A stretch of DNA of 63,850 nt, counting the filler, from Leucoraja ocellata (taxonomy: Eukaryota), in assembly GCA_036785375.1 (NCBI GenBank). It is 5 parts of 5 records of this genome, joined end to end, with 100 filler letters (N's around TTAATTAATTAA, not from the genome) between each part and the next. Parts side by side here need not be neighbours in the genome. Positions count along the whole stretch, not along the records: positions 50,657 to 58,233 come from JAWMAR010000563.1; positions 58,334 to 63,850 come from JAWMAR010000404.1; 3 more parts are not named here. The stretch is one strand, 5' to 3'. The translations under genes were made by a program, and so were the position numbers. The notes below the pieces were generated by a model. The model did not search any database, was not told the DNA's origin, and worked only from the letters and a program-made list of their open reading frames with translations. Position 1 is the stretch's first letter. Each line of letters opens with the position of its first letter. This document shows positions 51,008 through 61,100 of the stretch, piece after piece.

Positions 51008-51280
51008 CCTGTGGAACATTGACTCCCCGCAGCAGAGTTGTATGTTCGATGTAACAGGAGAATTTTGCCACATCTTCTTTAATCAGTTCAATTGTATTCT
51101 TCAGCTGGTAAGTCCCATCCCAATTCGGTAACAGATCACTGGATTCAAACCCGGTGACCCCCTCACCATCTCTCAGCCACGTTACATCGATGGCCTGTGG
51201 GTAGAAGCCTGTGACAAGGCAGGAGAGGCTCAGTGATTGCGACCCATCACGTTTAATCCCAATAAACACCTCGGGGGTTT
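51008..51280 (-). CDS. MHC class I heavy chain, alpha3 (Ig C1-set) exon
   Basis: ttgcag|(E)TPEVFIGIKRDGSQSLSLSCLVTGFYPQAIDVTWLRDGEGVTGFESSDLLPNWDGTYQLKNTIELIKEDVAKFSCYIEHTTLLRGVNVPQ+G|gtaagt; 273 nt. C-x-x-x-GFYP, W, PN-x-DGTYQ and C-x-x-x-H motifs present. Leader and TM/cytoplasmic exons are not seen (gaps on both sides). Confidence 0.93.
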
Positions 51281-52379
51281 CTGCAAGTAGAAGAAGCGTT
51301 AGAATCAGTGAAGACATGAAGAAAAGTCGTCAATTGGAAGATCACTACACCTCACCTCTTTCCCAGGCTTCTCTGGCTGAACAAAGTTTCCAGCCACGAC
51401 CCAAAATGCTGGAATAAGCCAACAGGTCAGGCAGCATCTCTGGAGAGAAGGAATGCCCAGAGATGCTATCTGACCCACTGAGTTACTCGAACATCTTCTA
51501 TCTTCGGTGTAAACCATCATCTGCAGTTCTATTTTGCACAAAGTTTCTCAGCCTTTTCTCTTTTCATTTTGCATTTCTGACAAAACAACAAAACATTTAG
51601 TTTTAATATCTCTGACATGCTCTATATCTTTGCTCCAGACTTTAACTGACAACACAGACGGAAGGGGAATGCAGGGCCCAATGGAGGAGTATAACTCACC
51701 ATTGGGATTGATACTGTAGATGTGATTGCTTCTGCTTGTCACAAATCTCTGCTGAATAATAACACTAAATATTCCAAGAGGGAATGGGAGGAAGAAGTCC
51801 AGCAGAGGAGGACAAAGGGCTCCCATGGTCGGGGCAGTCGAACCATCGTCGGGGTGATCGAAGCTCACGCAGCGGGCAGTTGAAGCACCTATGTCAGGGT
51901 GGTCGAAGCACCTGCGGCTTGGAGCTCCCAAGGTCGGTCTCTGACCAGAGACTGCGAGCTCCGTGATGTTAAGTCCGCAAGCACCAACGGTTGGATCTCG
52001 AGGTCGATTCCTGGCAAAGGGATCGTGAGCTCCGTGATGTTAAGTCCACAAGCACCCACAGTAGAACTGACAAAAGACGGTCTCCAACAAAGGTCGCCAA
52101 CTCCTGGATGTTAGGCCGCAGTGCGGACCGAGAAACGATACAGAAAAATATCGCATCTCCATCGAGGTAAGATATTAGAAAACGTTTCCCCCAACCCCAT
52201 CCCCCCCCCCCCCCCCCCTCATCCCCACCCCACGTAAAACAAGCTAAAGAACACTAAAAACATACATTTCACACCGGGCTCGACAACCTTGTTCTGCAGC
52301 ATAGGAGCCAGGACCCATGTCTGTGAGTGGATGGCGGGCCACATCTATCACCATAGTTAATAATTAATTAATTATAGTT

Positions 52380-54424
52380 TTAAAAAATCGCAACTAAAAT
52401 GTAACAAAAAGACAGGGATAGTATCAAACCAAAAGATGAAGCATACAAATTAGCCAGAAAAAGCAGCCTACCAGAGGACTGGGAGAAATTCAGTCCAGCA
52501 GAGGAGGACAAAGGGCTTAATTAGGAAAGGGAAAATAGATTATGAAAGAAAACTGGCAGGGAACATAAAAACTGACTGCAAACGTTTTTATATATATGTG
52601 AAGAGAAAAAGATTAGTTTAATAAAATGTAGGTCCTTGCAGTCGGAAACAGGTGAATTGATCATGGGGAACAAGGACATGGCAGACCAATTGAATAACTA
52701 CTTTGGTTCTGTCTTCAATAAGGAAGACATCAATCATCTGCCGGAAATAGCAGGGGACCGGGGGGTCAAATGAGATGGAGGAACTGAGTGAAATCCAGGT
52801 TAGCTGGGAAGTAGTGTTAGGTAAATTGAATGGAGTAAAGGCTGATAAATTCCCAGGGCCGGATAGGATGCATCCCAGAGTACTTAAGGAAGTAGCTCCA
52901 GAAATAGTGGATGCATTAGTGATAATTTTTCAAAACTCTTTAGATTCTGGAGTAGCTCCTGAGGATTGGAGGGTAGCTAATGTAACCCCACATTTTAAAA
53001 AGGGAGAGAGAGAGAAAACGGGGAATTACAGACCTGTAACATCGATAGTGGGGAAACTGCTAGAATCAGTTATTAAAGATGGGATAGCAACACATTTGGA
53101 AAGTGGTGAAATCATTGGACAAAGTCAGCATGGATTTATGAAAGGTAAATCATGTCTGACGAATCTTACAGAATTTTTCGAGGATGTAACTAGTAGAGTG
53201 GATAAGGGAGAACCAGTGGATGTGTTATATCTGGACCTTCAGAAGGCTTTCGACAAGGTCCCACATAAGAGATTAGTATACAAACTTAAAGCACACGGTA
53301 TTGGGGGTTCAGTATTGATGTGGATAAAGAACTGGCTGGCAGACAGGAAGCAAAGAGTAGGAGTAAACGGGTCCTTTTCACAATAGCAGGTAGTGACTAG
53401 TGGGGTACCGCAAGGCTCAGTGCTGGGATCCCAGCTATTTACAATATATATTAATGATTTGGACGAGGGAATTGAATGCAACATCTCCAAGTTTGCGGAT
53501 GACACAAAGCTGGGGGGCAGTGTTAGCTGTGAGGAGGATGCTAGGAGGCTGCAAGATGACTTGGATAGGCTGGGTGAGTGGGCAAATGCATGGCAGATGC
53601 AGTATAATGTGGATAAATGTGATGTTATCCACTTTGGTGCCAAAAACAGGAAAGTAGACTATTATCTGAATGGTGGCCGATTAGGAAAAGGGGAGATGCA
53701 ACGAGACCTGGGTGTCATGGTACACCAGTCATTGAAAGTATGAATGCAGGTGCAGCAGGCAGTGAAGAAAGCGAATGGCATGTTAGCATTCATAGCAAAA
53801 GGATTTGACTATTGGAGCAGGGAGGTTCTACTGCAGTTGTATAGGGTCTTGGTGAGACCACATCTGGAGTATTGTGTACAGTTTTGGTCTCCTAATCTGA
53901 GGAAAGACATTCTTGCCATAGAGGGAGTACAGAGAAGGTTCAGCAGGCTGATTCCTGGGATGTCAGGACTGTCATATGAAGAAAGACTGGATAGACTCGG
54001 CTTGTACTCGCTAGAATTTAGAAGATTGAGGGGGGATCTTATAGAAACTTACAAAATTCTTAAGGGGTTGGACAGGCTAGATGTAGGAAGATTGTTCCTG
54101 ATGTTGGGGAAATGCAGGACAAGGGGTCACAGTTTAAGGATAAGGGGGAAATCTTTTAGGACCGAGATGAGAAAAACATTTTTCACACAGAGAGTGGTGA
54201 ATCTGTGGAATTCTCTTCCACAGAAGGTAGTTGAGGCCAGTTCATTGGCTGTATTTAAGAGGGAGTTAGATGTGGCCCTTGTGGCTAAAGGGATCAGGGG
54301 GTATGGAGAGAAGGCAGGTACAGGATACTGAGTTGGATGATCAGCCATGATCATATTGAATGGCGGTGCAGGCTCGAAGGGCCGAATGGCCTACTCCTGC
54401 ACCTATTTTCTATGTTTCTATGTT
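52380..54424 (+). mobile_element. CR1-A LINE, ~2 kb, 5'-truncated, antisense in the MHC alpha2-alpha3 intron
   Basis: ORFs 52775..53386, 53393..53743 and 53744..54331 share one frame and are separated by stops. Motifs [38 protein letters not shown] and FADD; TATGTTTC tail. Confidence 0.93.
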
Positions 54425-55109
54425 TAACCAGAGAACTGTTGGAAATTGAATGTTACCAACCTAAGGAGTAATAGAGGCAAATAGAGAATCTGTTTGGGTT
54501 TCTGATCAGTTCAGCGACAGACCCTTCAGGCCAGAAGGTCGGTGTTGAACATAAGATCAAGATACATATCCCTCCATTTATTGAATATCTATATGTGTGA
54601 ATAGTGGACACTTGTGCAATGTTAATGTTTCACTTGCACTTCCTACCCACTGGATCCATCTAAGAGACACGTTGCCAGACAATTTACTGATACCCTCGCC
54701 CAAGAACAGGGTGGCGAAGCGGTTGAGCCACTGCCTAACAGCACCAGAAACCTGGGTTTGAAACTTTCTACGGGTGCTTGTCTTCACAGAGTGTGTACGT
54801 TCTCCCTGTGAACTGCATGGGTTTTATCCGAGATCTTCGGTATCCCCTCACACTCGAAAGACGTACAAATTTGTAGGTTAATTGGGTTGGTATAATGCAA
54901 ATTGTCCCTCGTGTGTGTAGGATAGTGTTAGTGAGTGGGCATCACTGGCTGGTGCGGTCTCGGTGGGCCAAAGGGCCTGTTTCCTAACTGCATCTCTGAA
55001 CTAAACAAAATAATTGCTCAAGTGTCAGCCTGAAGTGCATGATATTTCCCACCTTATCTATCTAGAGGATATCCCCGGTCCCACCAGTCAGAGTGCCTAG
55101 GTCGTGTAC

Positions 55110-55385
55110 CTCTCCTCTGTAGTGCTTCTTGTCCACACTCCAGATATATCAGCAGCCACTTCACACAGTCCTTCTCCAGGAGATCTTTGAAATATTTGTT
55201 CATGAAGGTGTTGATATTCCACCGATCTGCTAGCACCTGGAAATCTGGACGTAGTGCAATCCAGCGCATTCTGTCCTTGTCGAAAGCACAGGCATCCTCC
55301 CCGTCATAACCTAGTCTGACAAACCCATCAGTGGAATTGTCACTGTCCACTTCACAGCCGCAGAAACCCTGCACAAAGAAAATAG
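55110..55385 (-). CDS. MHC class I heavy chain, alpha2 exon
   Basis: ccccag|(T)IFFVQGFCGCEVDSDNSTDGFVRLGYDGEDACAFDKDRMRWIALRPDFQVLADRWNINTFMNKYFKDLLEKDCVKWLLIYLECGQEALQRR+G|gtac; 276 nt, the usual alpha2 exon size. GCE, YDGED and C-V-x-WL-x-x-YL motifs present. Confidence 0.92.
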
Positions 55386-56288
55386 CTGGGGCTGAGGTAG
55401 GGGTGGAGGATTTGGGTTGGGGAGTGGGGATGGAGGGGAGAGGCAATTTACAAATCAGTTCTCAGCATGGTACAAACAGGCATAACAGAACACAACATAG
55501 AGCTGTACAGCACAGGAGCAGGTTTAGTTTAGAGATACAGCGCGGAAAGAGGCCCTTTAGCCCGCCGAGTCCGTACCGACCAGTGGTCCCCGCATATTAA
55601 CACTATCCTACACAGACTACTTTCTTTCCAGCTTTCTCCAACCTACATCACTCTAAATGGTCCTGGTCTAATATGTTTTCTGTCCATTTTTCCACAGAAT
55701 GCTGACTGACTCGTTGAGTTCCTCCTGTTTGTTTTTAATTCAGATTGGCAGCATCTGCAGTTGGCTATGACTCCATCTTAGCACAATTGATGATCAGTGT
55801 GGATTCAGTGAGCAGAAGGGCCGTTTTCCATGATGTGTGACAATGACTCTATGACCCATGGTCTATATACTGAGGGCATAGACTAACCTCAAGTGTTGAG
55901 GGGAGAAGCTTTGCTGTTGTGGATGTAACACTAAAGGTGTTCTGCTGTGTAAGAAGGATAGAACTCAGATTTCTGCACTAAAGGTGTTCTGCTCTGTAAG
56001 AAGGATAGAACTCAGATTTCATACATAAAGAACAAAGGAAGAAGTGCATTGTCAGATGGGTAATGCTTCAGAGCCAACAGGTAAGTCTGAAGGTTAAGGC
56101 AATGCAGATGGGAAGTACATCAAGGCTGTTGCACCATGTGGGATTGCTACACCCTCTGAGGATTGTTGCCAATATTGAGGGAATGCTGCATTAACAGAAT
56201 ATTATTACTGAAGGAATACATCATAATCACCATCAACCAGCTTAAATCAAGGTCCCATCTCTAGGTGATCAGGCTATAAATAAACTAA

Positions 56289-56383
56289 GGTACACAAAAG
56301 TGCTGGAGAAACTCAGCGGGTGCAGCAGCATCTATGGAGCGAAGGAAATAGGCAACGTTTCAGGTCAAAACCCTTCTTCAGAA
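56289..56383 (-). mobile_element. 95-bp Penelope 3'-end element with a hammerhead motif (56354-56381)
   Basis: 14-bp TSD TATAAATAAACTAA at 56275-56288 and 56384-56397; the element starts 2 nt before CTGAAGA. Confidence 0.85.
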
Positions 56384-56920
56384 TATAAATAAACTAATGT
56401 TTTCTCCCTCATTCTAGCCCAATTAAACAGATGATCCATTCCATCCACTTATTACTGGTGTTGAATATCAAATGCATAACCCATAAATATATTATCACCA
56501 GCCAACTGTTATCAATGGGTGTTCAGCGGTAAGGACACATTTAATATAAAAGATGGGCCGTGTCTCTATCAAAATGTGATGGAGTAAATGCCCGAAACAG
56601 CATCAATGGTGCTGAAGTGAAAAGGTTTGAGAGCTTCTGGTTCCCCTACTGCCTCAGGACACTACGGAAATGCGGCATCTCCAATGACACTTACAAACTT
56701 CTACGAATGTTCCATAGAAGCATACTGGCAGGATTCATCACAACTTAGTTTGGAAAGAGTTCTGCCCAAGACCGCTGGAAATTGCCGAGATGTGGAGATG
56801 TAGCACAGTCGATCACACAAACACAATTCCCCACCATTGAGACCATCTGTATTTCAACTGGCTCAGGAAAGCAGACAACATAATCAAAGATTCATCCCGC
56901 TCTGGTCATTCCTTCTTCTT

Positions 56921-57515
56921 CCATATAACCATATAACCATATAACAATTACAGCACGGAAACAGGCCATCTCGGCCCTACAAGTCCGTGCCGAACAACCT
57001 TTTTCCCTTAGTCCCACCTGCCTGCACTCATGCCATAACCCTCCATTCCCTTCTCATCCATATGCCTATCCAATTTATTTTTAAATGATACCAACGAACC
57101 TGCCTCCACCACTTCCACTGGAAGCTCATTCCACACAGCTACCACTCTCTGAGTAAAGAAGTTCCCCCTCATATTACCCCTAAACGTCTGTCCCTTAATT
57201 CTGAAGTCATGACCTCTTGTTTGAATCTTCCCTATTCTAAAAGGAAAAGCTTGTCCACATCAACTCTGTCTATCCCTCTCATCATTTAAAAGACCTCTAT
57301 CAAGTCCCCCCTTAACCTTCTGCGCTCCAGAGAATAAAGACCTAACTTATTCAACCTATCTCTGTAACTTAGTTGTTGAAACCCAGGCAACATTCTAGTA
57401 AATCTCCTCTGTACTCTCTCTATTTTGTTGACATCCTTCCTATAATTGGGCGACCAAAATTGTACACGATACTCCAGATTTGGTCTCACCAATGCTTTGT
57501 ACAATTTTAACATTT
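56921..57515 (-). mobile_element. CR1-B 3' fragment inserted in an old Rex1/L2 element in the MHC alpha1-alpha2 intron
   Basis: ORF 57286..57537 and a (ccatataa)n tail. Flanks at 56585-56920 and 57515-57800 are a degenerate Rex1-like 3' end. Confidence 0.85.
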
Positions 57516-57890
57516 CCATCCAGCAGAAGGTACGCAAGCTTGAAAACGTGCCCCACTAGACTCAGTAGCTGGTTCCTCCCTAATGTTATCAGGTTTCTGA
57601 ACAGTCCTCCCTTATGCTAGGGGTCACCTCAACCTTGTTGTAGACACTGGACTTTGTCTCTGGCACTGGCACATTACAATGCTGAGAACTATATTCTGCA
57701 CTCTTTGCTCTACCTATTGTACTTGAGTTTGGTTTGATTGTATTTGTGAATAATATTATTTGGTGTGATTGACTAACGTGCAAAACAAGTGTGTCAGATT
57801 ACTCCAGTACATGTGACAGCAACAAAACTAAAACAAAATCCATCTGTGGCATCACTGGGTCTCCACCCCAGGTCCGGTCACGACACTTAC

Positions 57891-58151
57891 TCAATATACC
57901 ATGTTGCTGTTGGTAAACGATCTCAGCATTTCCTTTGACAATCCCATGAAAACCTGCAACTGTGATGGCCATTGAATCCCAGTGATCCTGCGGGAAAGAC
58001 TGGGCCATCCATCGCTGTCTGGGAACAGCCCGCTCTAATGTGCTGTCAAAATATGCTATCTGGAGGTCATCCAACATTGCTACCATACTGTACTCAGGCA
58101 GCTCACTCAATCCATGGTTCAACAGGTAGTAAAATGCAAGTTGGTGAAAAT
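57891..58151 (-). CDS. MHC class I heavy chain (non-classical), alpha1 exon
   Basis: ttgcag|(D)FHQLAFYYLLNHGLSELPEYSMVAMLDDLQIAYFDSTLERAVPRQRWMAQSFPQDHWDSMAITVAGFHGIVKGNAEIVYQQQHGIL+A|gtaagt; 261 nt, phase 1/1. Carries the LPE, DD-x-QI-x-YFDS, PR-x-x-WM and WD class I alpha1 motifs. Confidence 0.9.
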
Positions 58152-61100
58152 CTGCAATGCATAAACAAAAATGAGTATGATTGTATCATTCACTGTAAAG
58201 AACTCAAAGCTATTAATGCTAAAACTGATAACANNNNNNNNNNNNNNNNNNNNNNNNNNNNNNNNNNNNNNNNNNNNTTAATTAATTAANNNNNNNNNNN
58301 NNNNNNNNNNNNNNNNNNNNNNNNNNNNNNNNNAGTGCGTTGGATAGTGCTGGTGTATGGGGGCCACTGGTCGGCGTGGAATCGGAGGTCCGAAGGGCTT
58401 GTTTCCGCGCTGTGTCTCCAAACTAAACAAAACTAAATATGAGAAAAGAAAACACGATACATTGTGAAAAGAGCGGATCATTATTGCCTTTTCATGTACA
58501 GTGAGTTTAATGAATATGGGGGTAGGTCTAATATGGTTTATGCGGGGCAAAGACAAGGTTAGATAAAACAACAAGTTGGACAATATATCGTCGTTTTTAT
58601 TATTTTTGTGTGTTTTGAAAGTTTGTGCTAATGTTCTCTGGTTTGTTTTATGTGGGGGGTGAGGGATGGGGTCAGGGGAAAGTTTTTTTCAATCTCTTAC
58701 CTTGCCGGAGATGCGATTGTTTTCCGGATCATATCTCCGGTCGCTCTGCGGCCTAACATCATGGAGCTGGCGGCCTTGCTCGGGACTAACTTTGTGCCCC
58801 ACCGCGGGGCCGTGGACTTACATCAAAGCTGATTCCTTGCCTTGGATCGACTCTCCAACCGCAGCCTGCGGACTTTAACATCAAAGAGCTCACAGTCTCG
58901 GGAGAGACCGAGTCGGTAAGCTCCAACGACACAGAAGGTTTGACCAGCCCCAACCTGGGGGTCAGATCGCCTGGCATGGGGAGCTGAGATCCCCTGATAC
59001 AGGAGATTAATCACCCTGATGCGGAGGGACCACCGCCGGCTACAGGACTCTAGATCAACGGAAGCTCGAGGCCCAGAACCGTGGGAGATCAAAGAAAGGA
59101 AGAGGTTGAACAATTTTTGCCTTCCAACACAGTGAGGAATGTGGAGGAGTCACTGTGGTGGATGTTCATGTTCTAATGTATTTTGTGTGTTCTATTGCTT
59201 TTTATTGGTATGACTGTACGGCAAAACAAATTCCTCGTGTGTTGCAAAACATACTTGGCTAATAAAGTATGAATATGATGATGATATCGTGAGATTAAAT
59301 AAACAACATGATATAAACAGGTAAAATGCATGTTGCCTCTGATTGTGGTGAATACAGAAAATAGGCTAAAAATATATACACAGGTGCAGAGATTTATTGA
59401 ATGTTGGCTGTAACGCAACATAGAAACATAGAAAATAGGTGCAGGAGTAGGCCATTCGGCCCTTCTAGCCTGCACCGCCATTCAATATAATCATGGCTGA
59501 TCATCCAACTCAGTACCCTGTACCTGCCTTCTCTCCATACCCCCTGATCCCTTTAGCCACAAGGGCCACATCTAACTCCCTCTTAAATATAGCCAATGAA
59601 CTGGCATCAACTACCTTCTGCGGCAAAGAATTCCAGAGATTCACCACTCTCTGTGTGAAAAATGTTTTTCTCATCTCGGTCCAAAAAGATTTCCCCCTTA
59701 TCCTTGAACTGTGACACCTTGTTCTGGACTTCCCCAACATCGGGAACAATCTTCCTGCATCTAGCCTGTCCAACCCCTTAAGAATGTTGTAAGTTTCTAT
59801 AAGATCCCCCCTCAATCTTCTAAATTCTAGCGATTACAAGCCGAGTCTATCCAGTCTTTCTTCATATGAAAGTCCTTACATCCCAGGAATCAGTCTGGTG
59901 AACCTTCTCTGTACTCCCTCTATGGCAAGAATGTCTTTCCTCAGATTAGGAGGAAGGAGGATGGTGGAGGTAGGGACAAACACAACATTTAGGAAATACT
60001 AGACCAAGTGCAGACCCGTTGGGTCTGTTCCCCCCAACGTGCGGTTGTGGGGGGGGGAGGCGGCATGCAGCGTCACACACACTAACTACCCCCCCCCCCC
60101 CCACACTTACGCTAATTACCCCCCTTGATATTATATTAATATTATTAATTTGCTCCTTTTACCCCATAACCACCCTATCTACTGACGCATAGCCCCCAAC
60201 TTGCAGTCACATCTAGAGAGGGGGGATGGGGGGGTGGTGTAGAGAGTGTGGGCAGAGGAGCGGAGGGGAAGAGGAGAGGGGGTGAACTGTGTGTGGCCCC
60301 TTGTTCTGGACTTCCCCAACATCGGAAACAATCTTCCTGCATCTAGCCTGTCCAACCCCTTAAGAATTTTGTAAGTTTCTATAAGATCTTCCCTCAATCT
60401 CCTAAATTCTAGCGAGTACAAGCCGAGTCTATCCAGTCTTTCTTCATATGAAAGTCCCGACATCCCAGGAATCAGTCTGGTGAACCTTCTCTGTACTCCC
60501 TCTATGGCAAGAATGTCTTTCCACAGATTAGGAGACCAAAACTTTACACAATACTCCAGGTGTGGTCTCACCAAGACCCTGTACAACTGCAGTAGAACCT
60601 CCCTGCTTCCTATACTCAAATCCTTTTGCTATGAATGCTAACATGCCATTTGCTTTCTTCACTGCCTGCTGCACCTGCATGCCTACTTTTAATGACTGGT
60701 GTACCATGACACCCAAGTCTCGTTGCATCTCCCCTTTTCCTAATCGACCACCATTCAGATAATAGTCTACTTTCCTGTTTTTGCCACCAAAGTGGATAAC
60801 CTCACGTTTATCCACATTATACTGCACCTGCCATGCATTTGTTCACTCACCCAGCCTATCCAAGTCACCTTGCAGCCTCCTAGCATCCTCCTCACAGCTA
60901 ACACTGCCCCCCTGTTTCGTGTCATCTGCAAACTTGGAGATGTTGCATTCAATTCCCTCGTACAAATCCTCAGGAACCTTAAGAATGCAATGTTTGTAGC
61001 GAACATTAAGCCCACTGACCTGCCTGTCCTGATCCATATCCTTGTACTCTCTGCACTTCCCTGTACCTACAATGAGCCTCTTAAACACCACTATCATATC

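Noticed and set aside
52352-52380. TAATTAATTAATTA tract as a remnant gap linker
   Set aside because: It is not the full 12-mer and has no Ns. It sits at the 5' junction of a CR1 and is more simply AT-rich filler.
52775-54331. Active or domesticated reverse transcriptase
   Set aside because: It has two in-frame stops, upstream disruptions and no endonuclease or ORF1. It is an ordinary dead CR1 copy.
54709-54790. tRNA gene
   Set aside because: The A/B-box-like head continues into a SINE body, and no complete cloverleaf is evident.
55929-56020. 47-bp-period tandem duplication in the MHC intron
   Set aside because: A two-copy local slippage with no evident function.
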